64,000 nucleotides of DNA from Tubulanus polymorphus (Eukaryota > Animalia > Nemertea): the NCBI RefSeq assembly GCF_964204645.1, contig NC_134031.1:9052001-9116000 (forward strand), read 5' to 3'. The notes below the pieces were generated by a model that was given only the letters and a program-made list of their open reading frames with translations, was not told the DNA's origin and ran no database searches. Positions 14,901-28,000 of this stretch are shown here, one piece after another (positions within the stretch are counted from its first letter, which is position 1; each line of letters begins with the position of its first letter). Both the position numbers and the translations under genes were made by a program.

Positions 14901-17900
14901 GTTCTTATTTCATACTTTTTGGTTTACCTTTGTCAGCGATATGAGGTTGGCATTGAGCCAATTCATGGTAAAATCGCGGTACGTTTTTTTTGTGAGCATT
15001 TGTTTCATTGGTTCTCGGCTTAAACGACGTATAATCGATGCGATTGAAGACATGGCGAACCTCCGTCGATGTACATGGTCAACTGAGTTAAAATTCTACG
15101 AAAAACTGTTTTTGGCGGGAAAATTCTTAGCTCTCGCGTATAAAATTGCAATGACCTCGATTGGGGGGCATCGTCTCTACCAGGGAATGGGATTGGATGT
15201 TTATGGGATGTACGGGGAATTCCGGCGCTACTAAGATAATTATGGGAAAGCCATAGAATGGCGTACGTTTCATTGGACTAGGTGCCGTATACGTGTGAAT
15301 TTTAAATGCTCATTGCTGGTGAGGATGTAATTATTTCACACATCCGCCATAGGTATTGTTTCATTTTAATACCCGGTGATTGTTTTGATTGACATTGAAG
15401 TGTAAGCGACCATTCACTTACACGAGGCCTCAACCTGTGCGCGCAGAGTGCTACACGACACACACACAAGCTCGTACAGTACACTACTCAAGGTGATGCT
15501 GTAACGCGTGCGCGTTTGACATGAAAATAGGCTGAATAATCGTAGCAGAAGCTGAGCGCTGTGTTTTCTGTTAGATAGAATTTGTAATAAATTGTAATTT
15601 CTTGTGACCTGAAAATATTAAGCAGCAAACTAAAAGTATAGGTCGAGGTCTGAATATTGTAGTCGTAAATTCCAGGATTTAAACCGATCTAATAGCCGAT
15701 TTATTCTGTACCGGTATTTTAACTTCCGCGGCCAACATTGGAAGAGGTTTCCAAGACCCAATATTCAGCCACCCTCTGATATGTGACATTTTATGAATTT
15801 TAGGCCATCCCACATTAATGGTCTATTTGCCGTTACCCGACTGACCCGACTTCAAAGGTACCGAGCCAAAACTTTCTCTCTGGGATTCATTGAAACAAAT
15901 TTTATTTTTGATAAAAACGGCCACCGACCGACCCACTGCCGACTATGAGCTACGAATGTTTGAATTCAGGTGTGCATCGTGTGAAAACATGCCTTGACAT
16001 GTGGCCTAATTTAAGTTTTCCAGGAAACTGGCAGTGTTCCAATAAGCTGCCATTTATTCTCATAGTGACTATATCAAAGCTGGTAACGTAAAACCGCGCA
16101 CATATTCAATGTAGCTCTGGACGATGTTATAATTTTAGAATAATTCTCGAAATCTACGCTTTTAGACAAATTTCCTGTGCACAACGTAGATGATTTTTGC
16201 GATATTGTTTCCATGTAAAAAGGTGATAAATTTGTTTTTTTTTGCCCAAAAATTTAGCAAAAAAAAATATTTCTTACCTATCGACTCGTCCTGAAAAGTT
16301 GAGTCGGTGTTACGGCAAACAGACAACTATTTTGGGATGGCCTTATTTGAATATTTTTTTCATATTGTGAGACATATTATTTTTTGAAAATATAAAATAG
16401 TTTCCCTGCCGCGCCTACCTGTACCCTACAAAATTTTGGACGTGGACCGTAACCAAATGTATATCTTTGGTCTCATTTGACTACAAAATAATTCTTTAAG
16501 AAAGATAAAATACAATATAAACTTGTGGAACTTTGAAGTCACGAATTAAAAAGATTTTTCAAGCAATGCCCTTACTCCAAACAACCTCTAGCTTTCAAGG
16601 TAAACCACACTTTGCCCATGGGCAATTTATTTCCATTTGCCCTTGCATTATATTCTGAAAAAAATGTACTTCAAATTTTTACAAAGTCCATAGGTGTGCT
16701 TTATTTGTTGCTCTGTTTAACGTGAATTTTCTTTTTGTATTCTCTCTACAGTCTTCGGTGAAGCGTTCCATGCTTAAGGTACTCTACTGCATACGAGTTC
16801 AACAAATAACCAATTTTGAATTAACTTTATTTATATCATTCAGGAAACTGTTAACATTTAATATCAATATTATTTTGTAAAAAATATTCAAACAGTAGTC
16901 GATTATGACTGTCCCATCACTATAAAACTTTCCTGTTTGGTCATGTAACACTGTCCTCTATGGCGGTAACAAGATATGTGAGATCTGGCCTTTCCCTTAT
17001 AGAGTGTCACTAGATATGTATGTGTGATGTGCGTATGGTTGCGAGAATGTGAGTGTATGTGCAAAGGGATTTTAGACTAGGATAAGCCTTTTTGGCTTTC
17101 TTTAATTCCTCGCACAAATTATTGTTGCACTGACTATACATTATATAACATATATCATGTTCTGTTATATTCTCTGTACCGATTATTTATGCAAATATAT
17201 CAAAACTATGCACTCAATGTACCTGTTTGTTGACAACAGGGCCCGGTTTCACGAACGGGGATTAACATTTGATTCGAATTAGGTAATAATTCGAATCAAA
17301 AATGCTTAATTCGAATTAGTTAATTCGATGATTAAATCTGTTTCACGAACGCGAATTAGCGAAAAATTAACTAATTCGAATTATCTCCGAAGTTAATTCA
17401 GAATTAGCTACCCATAATGCATCATTCCTAGTAATACATTGTCGAAAAAAGGAGAGCGCGGATCTCAAGCATTAGCAAAATTTCACTCGAGAGGAGAAGA
17501 ACATGATATTAGACCTAGTCAAAAACAATTACATAAGTAAACAAAAGAAATGGAGCGAAATTGCAAGATCCGTCTCTAGTTTAGGAGTCGCCACGAGAAG
17601 TGGCCCTGAAGTAAAAATTTGTTGGAAGAACTGTCAGAAAAAGGCGAAACAAGAGAAGATGACCATGAAAAACGTAGCCGCAAAAACCGGTGGTGGGCCA
17701 CCTCCAAAATCGTTGGACGAGGCAACTTCGACGATAGTCGAATTTTTTGATGGAGCGCCAAATTGGGATGGGATATCAGCTGTCGACCCAATCGAAAGTA
17801 ATGGTAGGTCAACACGTTAAGACAATAGCTTCAATTCATATCTCCGACCTTGGAACTTTATTTATTTTGTTATAATTTTTAGCCCACTTGGGACTTTAGT

Positions 17901-20900
17901 CCCAGCGGGCTATTGCGTTCACTTTTCGTCCGTCGTCCGTCGTAGCGTTCATCCGTCCGTAGACGGAATCCAGTTATTTTGGGAAGTTTTGAAGACGCTT
18001 CAAGGTAATGTCTTGATATTTGGGTTACGCATGTATCTACCCTAGACACATCTTTAGCCCAAAAACTGGCCCTATCAGATTCAAGATGGCTGACTGGCAG
18101 CCATTGTTGTTCGTCAAAATCAGCACTTTTTACACATTTTTGAACATTTTGAGGGAAATTTTGAAGACGCTTCGATCAATTACCTTGATCTTTCGGATAT
18201 ATGTATATTCCCCCAGGGCCCATCAGCATAACAAAAATTGGGACGATCGGACTGAAGATGGCCGTCCTATGACCTTTTTAGTGCCCAAAAATGTTAATTT
18301 CGGTCCGAATTCTGAGTCCTGTAGCTTCCTACTGGTTTTTCATTTCTCATTGCATTTTGTGATGGGTATTCTTTGGAAAGGGATGTTTTATACCTGACAC
18401 AGGTATTTTTCATCAGCCAATTATGACGCAATTGGCGGCCATCTTGGTGTCACCAGTACTCATTCGTAAGTGAGAAAAAGTTTTTCCACATTATATTGAT
18501 ACCTAAGCGTATTTTGTTACCACAATCATTTAGAAAGTTGTAGCTCATTACGTGTTCTATGATTGTGGTGAGTTTCAAGGTCATTGGATTTTGAATATGG
18601 CCACCAGGGGGCGTTGAATAACGCACTATCTTAGCTTTTCTATATTATATTCGTACCTATGCATATTTTGTAACCACAATCAATTGGAAAGTTGTAGCTC
18701 ATGACATCATCTATGATTGTTGCAAGTGTTAAGGACATTGGTTATTCTCTATGGTCACCAGGGGGCGTTGTATAGTAGAATAACTTAATATTTCCTTATT
18801 ATATTGGTACCTAGGCATATTTTGTTACCATGATCAATTGCAAAGTTGTAGTTCATGACATGTTTTATGAATGTGGTAAGTTTCGAGGTCATTGGGTTTT
18901 GAATATTGCGACCAGGGGGCGTTAAATAGTAGAATAACTTAGTATTTCCATATTAAATTGGTAACGAGGCATATTTTGTTATCACAATCAATTACAAAAT
19001 CGAAGCTGCTGACATGTTCTATGATTGTGGTGAGTTTCAAGGTCATTGGTTTTTGTATATGGTCACCAGGGGGCGTTGAATATTGAAATTGTTAGATTGT
19101 TGAGCATTTGGAACCACTTCCTAAGTGGGCATGGTGTCCCTGGACCCCTAGTTATTTTTCGATTCGCGTTTTGTTTGTGTATGTCTGCTAACTTCCAGGA
19201 ATATTTGAGCATTCTATTATTTCGCGGATGGGTGTGATAGGTTCCGTGGCTTTTAGATGCAACCTATCCCCCCTTCTTCAAATCATGTCTTTAGTTCACG
19301 TCGAAAATTTGTTATTTTTTAAATGACTCACCTCGATTTGTGCACTATCACTTTGAACAAAATGTTTTATGTCTAGCATATAGTATATCATCCTTCAGTA
19401 TCCATATATTCATTCCGAAATTTTGCGGTAAACTTGTTCAGATTGAGCGTTGGGCCAGTCCAATTCTTCAGAGAGCGTGTGCTTGAGCTTGCTAAACACT
19501 TAATCGTAGGCGTTATTGCTCGGCAATTTGATGTTCGAATCCCTTTGATTACATATATTTATTAATTTATTCTATGCACTTTAACACCGGTGCTGTAATT
19601 TACAATTTTTAGGGTTTGATCAGAATGAGATCGAAGAGACTGACGGTCACCAAAATCATCCGCTGAAAGCAGTCTTACAGTACAAAGTTCCACTCATACA
19701 AACACCAGCACTACAACAGCCAACAACACCAAACGTATAACTGCAGCTGACATTAATCATCAGCAATGGTTGAATCTAATCGAAGATAACAAGAGAATCA
19801 AGTTAGCGTGTCAGAAGTTGAACCTCGAAAACATAAAGTTGCAGCTAGAGATTGCTAAATTGCAGAAAGAAACCGGGGTGGGAATTGTAATTCAGGAAGA
19901 GTAAACAGGAATTTAATTAATTAAATTAACTTATATACGTTTACGTTTTGAAATATTGTTTGAAGATTTAATTCATATGTTTAAATATATTTAAATAGTT
20001 TTTAGTCATTTATTGCAAGAAATTCTGCTTTTCATTTCTCTCAGTCGAAGTATTCGCTGACGATAAATTCTCTGACGTCTGTCGTGCGTTTGCGGCATCA
20101 ATTACATCATTTTCACCAACTTTGTCATCAAAATTAAAACCCACATCTAAGTCGGGTTCTCCCATCGTTATAGCAATGTTATGAAGAATTGCACATGTTG
20201 TAATAACAGTGCAGGCTTTCCTCGGCGCTAATCGAATTTCACCATGAAGAATATGGAATCGCCTCTTCCAAACTCCAAATGTCCTCTCAATGAGACACCT
20301 AGTCTTCTTGTGCGCAACATTAAACCTTGACCATCAAGATAGGAAAACACACCATTATAAATATACATTTAATTGTATATACTCTAAAATGTTGGATCTC
20401 AAAACCAACCTTTCTTGCCCTCTCGTTGAAGGCGCAAGGTAGAGTGTGACTAGGTACGGTTTACAACCATAACCACTGTCTCCTACAAGCACACCATCTC
20501 TAACAAATCCACGATGATTGGTGTCAAGGTGTCTAAAATTTAATTTCTCATAAGACTAGTATGTCCCTATAAAATTGAATTAGCCTTCAGGCATAGATGA
20601 CATCAACCATGGATCACTTCGATGGCCTACCTGCCAAGTGCAGAGTTGTTGAATATGTTTGCATCATTCGTAGAACCTGGCCAATTGCTAACGATGTTGA
20701 TGAATTTACCTAAATTCCAGAAAGAATTATCCGTTTGATTATTACAACCGGTGAAGTCATTAGTAGTGAAAAGTGTCTTTGAAAAAATATTTGTTTTAAG
20801 AATTCTAAAAAGATTGCAATTGCAAACAATTGCTTTGATATTGCAGTGTCAATTAACCATTAATGTCATTCTAAGTAACGGCTCGTGGCCAGAATGGAAT

Positions 20901-21972
20901 AGTCCCTAAAAATTAATATCGTTTTAGCTAGAGCGGAAACACCGCTGTCAGTTTTATAGAAACGTATCAATTTTATGAATAAGACGATTTATTTACCACT
21001 ACTTTTGCATATAGCTTGAATGTTTATCGATGGATACGACTTGCGGTTGATGTACGCAGGGTCATTTTCACTCGGCCTTTGTATGCGGATGTGAGTCCCA
21101 TCTATGCAGCCAATACAACCGGGAAAACCAGCGATTTCAATAAATTCTCTTTTTTGCCGAGTTCGTTCAGCGGCATTAGGCCAGCAAATAAAATCATCCA
21201 TGTGCTCTACTAACGCCGCACACAACCTTTCTACGATCCTCGACACGGATGCCTTTGAAATCCCAAATGTGTCTCCAATTTCATTCATAAATGCCCACGT
21301 CGCTAAGTATCTCAAAGTGACAAGGATTTGGTGGTATGGTGAAATCGCATTTGATCGATGACTATTTCTTTGAATACTTTCTCCAATTAAACGTTCTATA
21401 TATTCAATTGTCATTTGTCTTCCAAATCTATATCTCATTCGCATCTCCTCATCACTAAAATTGTCAACTAATTCGAAACTTTGTCGATTTCTGCGTTCGA
21501 GTCTCGCTCCGAAAAACAGTGCAGCAGCCATTTTCGTAGTAACTAATTAGAATTAGCCGATTTAATCCTGCTCCATGGCAGGATTAGATTTCCGGGTTAA
21601 ACTAATTCGAATTAAAGTTAATTCGCGTTTGTGAAAGGGGCATCGAAAATTAACCTCAAAATTTTAATTCGAATTATGGAATTAATTCGAATTACGGGCT
21701 TAATCCCCGTTCGTGAAACCGGCCCCAGTGATTTGGTCTTCAGAAAATGTTCTTGACATATAGGCCTATTTTATTGATATTTTATTATATCAATTCTCAA
21801 ATGGTAGTCATTAAGTAATCTTAAATAGTCAACAATAGTTTTATAACTTTCGAATCAGATTCAATATAAATTCCTATCCGAAGGGTAAGCATGGTGACCT
21901 CTGCAATTTACATTTCCAGAATTTCTGTAATTATACACACATATAGTGGTCCATATGTATATATATGTATGT

Positions 21973-22004
<32 letters not shown>

Positions 22005-22047
22005 GTATATGCATATGTATATGTATATGTATATATATATGTATATG

Positions 22048-22079
<32 letters not shown>

Positions 22080-25000
22080 AGGACCACCAAATCTTTCCAT
22101 TCATTGTAAGTGATGTGACTAGCGTTTTCATGAACTGTTCTATATTTTAGCGTCGACATCCATTCCTTCGCAGTCATAGAAGGATGTTATGGTCTCCAAC
22201 TTTAGTAAATTCGGGTACATCGTTGAATATTCAGGCAACACAAGAAGGAGATGAGACGTTAGTTTTTATCAAAAAATTTTTTTCCAACCCTCAACTAGCC
22301 AGTATTCAAATCAAAATAGACATTCGATTTGTATCTTATCTATTGCAAATGAATAATTATCCAGTTAGTGTATAAAAGCACAATGCAATTTGTTTTTGAT
22401 GTATGTTCTGGTATGCTGGACAGGAGCAAAGGGGTCAAAATCAAATTGATTTTATTTTTCATGATGAAAATCAGAAAAACAAACCCTTTTTTTATTAAGA
22501 TTTGAATTAATTTGACAGATTTGAATTATCTCCCTGATCTAGCACATGCTACGGTACAGCCTAGAAGAAACTTAACTCCCTTTTTTGTTTGTGTTTAGTT
22601 TTATATTGTTCAAACTGCGTTCTGTAATTCGTTTTCCTTTAGTGCCGAACGCGTTCATCACTCGTTAGGGATGAATATCCGTTTCAGAATTACGCGTTTC
22701 ACGCTCCTATTCGGTGTTTATAATGTACTCTATGTATATTACCATATAGTCATCCAAATACAAGAAGTTGCACTCGAAAAGAAGGGAGCTGCTATTATTT
22801 GTTTGTGCATTCAATGTGCGCACGCCAGATGCGTTGAATTTGAACCACGGTAGTAACTAGGTTTGATTCGCGTTTCTATTTCATTTAATCAAAAATGAAA
22901 AACGAAAACGCAACGCGTTAGGAGTTATGTTACTTCTAGGCTGTACCGTATTTAGTGCTCTGAATGTAATCATGCACATGATTAAATCTCTCATTCAATT
23001 TCTAATTATTTTTACTTCAGTTATGTTAATTTATTGGATCTTCCTCGTGATGTTCTCCGTGCTGTCTTGGACCAACTTGCCTATGTGTAAGTACCATAAA
23101 TACAATTTATTCGTGGAACCATTTACGGATTATTTGGAGATCATAGATGTTGTCAGAAATGTTGCTAAGGGGATTTGAATTCCTTAGAAATGCAAATATA
23201 ACAGCTGCAATCAAAGAAGTATCGGAGTACATAGCGTTAACCAAATTTCAACGTTTTAGGTATAATACAGTATAACCTCTCTAAAGTGAATGCTTGGGGT
23301 TCCGGAAAAAATGTTCACTATAGAGAGCTGTTCACTAAATAGAGGTAGCACATATTTGCATCACGCCACCTACCAGCAGTTTGAGTAACTACTCCCAATA
23401 TGAAGCATTAATCCAAAACCAAGTAAAACACACAGACTTAATTACTTTTTTTTGACTTGTAGAACCAATATCTTTCAGAACTTGTAACTTTTCTTTCAGA
23501 GTAAGAATCTTTCGCTTAGGTGCCATACTGGCATATGAAAAATTCCCATCATATAGCTTTATTTATATGCCATGGAGCAAACTAATATTCAGTTAGGCCT
23601 ATGCAAATCCTTTTGATGCAAGAAAAATTAGTCAACACATAGCTAATGCACGCATCTAACAGACACATTGGAAGCAAACATTGGTTGGCTAGGCCTGACC
23701 ATGATTATTGTAGGTAAAATTGCCCAGGTTCCACATGTGAAAGTGAAAAAAAAATCGTTGATAGATGAAATATTGGGGCGGCCTATTTTCTCTGTGTGTG
23801 AACCTCTGTGAAGTGTGTTAGAGAAAGCCTCCACCACCAAGCGCCAATGGGGTGTAAAGCAGGTAAGGTCGATATCGTCCTTAGTACTCTGATTCCACTG
23901 GGTGAGAGTTCTAGGAAAGAATGAAGATTTGAATTCATCGGAATTCGTACTGAATGCTCTGAATTTGGTACTGTTGTAGATCTTGTCAAAATGTGCCCTG
24001 GTTTGAGGTTCTCCTAGTCCTACTGATACAGCGACTGTTCCGGAAACGATCTCAGTCTTAGATTCCTTCGTCGGGATTCTAGGGATGATGAGTCGTATGA
24101 TTATTACATCTAATCATAGAACACATAAGTTCTATGATGTAATGTGTGTTGAGATCGTTTCATTTTTTCATGTGTTGAGATCGTTTCAAAAATTTCCCTG
24201 GAGAATTTCTTGGTTCAAGTGGAGACAGGCTTTTAACTACTTGAAGCACGGATCCCCCCTGTGAAATTCCGCCAAAACACCACGTTGAAAAAGGTGTGTT
24301 TTCATTATTCATAAATAATTTTGAAAAAAGCATCCTGATATTTCCGTTTAATTCAAGTTCCTGCAAAATAATTCATGGAAATGATTTAAAAGCCTGTTCC
24401 TCAAGCATTCGAAGAATGAAATTGATTGAAGCCCAGGTCTTTGAGATCTTTTATAATTTGTGAAGCTGCCGCGTCAAGCCCCATGGGGCTCTTGTTCCGT
24501 AACTGTTCCGGAATATTGTGTGAAAATACGGCGTTCTGTTTTTAGAAGAATTTTTACGGATTTTTATTCACCTGAGAATACTGAAAAAAATTAATAAGTT
24601 ATGGAAAACTTAGTCGTTTATATGGCAAATTGCATTGTTCTTTCTTAAATCATCTCAGAATCACTCTTGTCAACTCAAATTATAATCTCAATATGACACT
24701 GTACTAGTGTGCCATCTGTACTAAGATGAAGATGGTGCACTAGTACGGTGTCAGAAAATGGGAACACAAATTTTATTCCTAATAATTTACCCTAATCCAG
24801 ATTCCTCAATACTGATTTTTAAAACGTCGTCTGGTTTGAAAATTGGGGACTACTGAAAATGTGTTCAGCAGAAGATGAAATCTATGTTGGCAGCACTGGT
24901 GATATTTAAAAACAATGATTTTTATATGCCGGGGTACATAGATTTATTTATGTATTTCTTATTCGAAAAAGCATATTCTCCATTTTTTACTGCCAATGTC

Positions 25001-28000
25001 AATGCGGACATATCACATGGATGAAAATCTTCCGCGGTTGGAGGTCCATTTATATCATTCTTGATATCGATGTAGATCCGTTGAGAAAATGATAGGGGGG
25101 TTAGGGTCTTGGGGAAAAGTTGATGTTAGATCATAGCCTACTAGAACAGACAGTAAAAGCGTCTCATAAAACTGGTGCTACGATCTCTGAAATCTTTTTA
25201 CAACATCATTGCGAAACACTGCTGTTGTCAAGAACCACTGTGCAGATCAATGATATATATACATACAATAGTGCTGCGCGGGAAATCTATATTTAGAATC
25301 TGTGGTCGCGTGATTCAATTCATCCAACAAAGCATAGCCTACGTGCTCAATAAAAGTAGTCATTGTTTTAATTCAGGCGTGAGTGATAGATTGGAAAGTT
25401 ATAGATAGGGGCTCCTCTTGCGACTCTTTATTTATTGACAAGTTCATTTAAGTATGAACATGTTCTAGTGATTTGGATATCGTTGCAGCCATCCTTTTCA
25501 TGTACTCGAGACATCAACGATCAACCGCGTGGCAGCAGTTTTTTTTTTGTCATTGGAAAATGGGCCTAAGATGCGCCAAAAACTTGAAATTTCAAAATTT
25601 TCTTGGGCGAGGTCCCCCAACCCCCCTTTAGGGGCTTTGCACCTTCAATGCTCGCAGCTGCTAGTTAGCCTCTAATACTTTATTTCAAATTTGTCCACGT
25701 TTTTAAACGCTGTTTTCATCCCTGATATCACAACGTGATTGATTAACCCCCTCTCATCTACCACATAACTAATGAGGAAAAATGTGATAGAATAACTTTT
25801 TGGACCATTGAATCAAAAATATGGCGACGCTATGGTGTAGATAATACTCGAAACATTCTTTTGAGTCATTTTCAGCTGTGTCTTAATGTTTTACATGAAC
25901 AGAGTTTAAATTTGAAGTTACTATGAAAATGAGAAGCGTCAGCATTTTTTTTTTTTACTATGACTTTCGATCCATTTTCAGCTCTCGAGGAACAAGAGAG
26001 CTATTAGGAGCCTGTCGGCATTGTGTAGTGTATGTTTACCGCGAACCAAGGCACATCATTTTTACAGTCATTGAATCAACGAAAGATCCAATAATGGGTT
26101 GAATACGCTGCAAAAATAGATCCGGCAACTTTGTATTCAAGATTATTTCACATTATATTGGGTTGAATGGTGATAGAAATTGATCAAAATAATATAAAAA
26201 GATTTTTGAATAACATTTTATCAATAATTTGTTCGGATAAATTCTTTTAGGCCAGCCGTAGGCTGAGCCTATTACTATACAAATGGAGCGAATTTAAATG
26301 ACGTGGTTTCCAGAGTAAAGGCTCTTTGACTGTGCAACTGAGCATATATTCATACAAGTCATTCATTAGAGCATTATCCATTCTCCAACCCCTATGAAGC
26401 TGAATTTTGAAAGAGGGCCTTGTTACAATTTATATGAACTTTTTCGCGAAAATCTGATCGCAAAAATATCTTAGGAAGAGAGTTCAAATATCCGAATAAC
26501 CATAGAAGCGATAACATTAAAAACCTCATTTTCTAATGAGTAAATACAGTTTATTAACACGAACGTTTTCGGGATCATATCCCCTCATCAGGTGAAATAC
26601 AAGTGAATCAAATGATTAAACTACAGGTTTATATACAACATAAGTTACAAAATTACAAGTGCTAAATTCTAAGCTAATTACAAACCAAGTATTTAATTAC
26701 AAACTAATTATTTGAATACATTTAGGATAAAGGATGAGCCGTTTTGAAATAATTGTTGATTTAAAGAGGGTCGTTGCGCTTTAATAAACAGGGCCTCCCT
26801 AATTTTACAGTCGAGATCAGATGAACCTTTGTCTAGAATTTTGAATTTGTTGTTACTGAATTCCTGATCACAAGTGTGACAAATTGCGAGATGTTGTCCA
26901 ATCGCAGAAGTCTTTGATCTGTGTTCCTTAATCCTGATGGCCAAATGTCGTTTAGTTTTCCCAATATAGGAAGTGTTTATATCACATAAACAATTGAATT
27001 TATATATGACTTTAGCCTTCAGCGATTTAGGGGTAGCACATTTCAAAGAGAAAAAATTCTTAATTTTGGTCGTAGTGAATGCACATTTCAAGTTGATTTC
27101 AAAATTCCTTTTAAATAGATATTTTAATTTTCGGGCAAATAGGATTGACGGGTTACCAATATACGGTAATGAAATGAATAGATCAATTCCATCTTCAACA
27201 GGTTTCGGTTGAGGTTCTGAGTTCTGTTTTGATTTCAAAAATCTATTAATACATTGATCGATGACATGAATAGGAAACGCATTAGATTTAAACAGATTTT
27301 TCAAGAAATTGATTTCTTCTGAAAAGATGGTCCAATCACTGCAAATATTGTAGGCACGAAAAAGCATGGTATTGATGAGTCCTATTTTCCATTTATACGG
27401 ACACATGGCGTTGAAGTTCAAAAGTAGGCCTGTGTTGGAAGCTTTCCTGTACACTCGAGATATAAAGTCACTACCGGTTTCTAACGGAATTTGTATTTCG
27501 GTATCGAGAAAAGGTAATAGATTAGGACCTAGTTCAAAAGTGAATTTAAGGTTAGAATGGAGGCGATTCAATTCTTCAAAAAATAGTCTATAACTGGATA
27601 CATTTCGAAATATGCCGAAAATATCGTCCACGTATCTCAGGTATAATGTCGGTTTGTAATTAGTTTTGGAGAGGAGCAAGTTTTCAAAATGGGCAAGACA
27701 AAAGTTCGCTATGGTTGGGCCTAAGGGGCTGCCCATGGTGACCCCATCAACTTGCTTGAAAATACGATCATTGTACATAAACAAACCCGAAGTTGCGATT
27801 TTAAGTAATTCTTTGAATGTAGCCTGATCATATGTAGGTTTAGAGTCGGAAGCATATATATAATCGGAAACTATATCAATGGTTTCTTTCAATGGAACAT
27901 TAGTGAAAAGTGACTCTACATCAAAACTTATTAGAATATCAGAAGGTTTAAAAACGAATTGTTTCAGTTTTTTAAGGAACTCCCAAGTGCTATTTAACAT

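Larger units (their letters stand above)
17240..21725. mobile_element. PIF/Harbinger DNA transposon, full length
   Basis: 26-bp TIRs GG(C/G)CCGGTTTCACGAACGGGGATTAA with 1 mismatch; CAG TSD at 17237-17239 and 21726-21728; convergent Myb/SANT and transposase genes. Confidence 0.95.

Noticed and set aside
21861-22177. ORFs rich in Y/I/H/T
   Set aside because: Translations of a TA microsatellite
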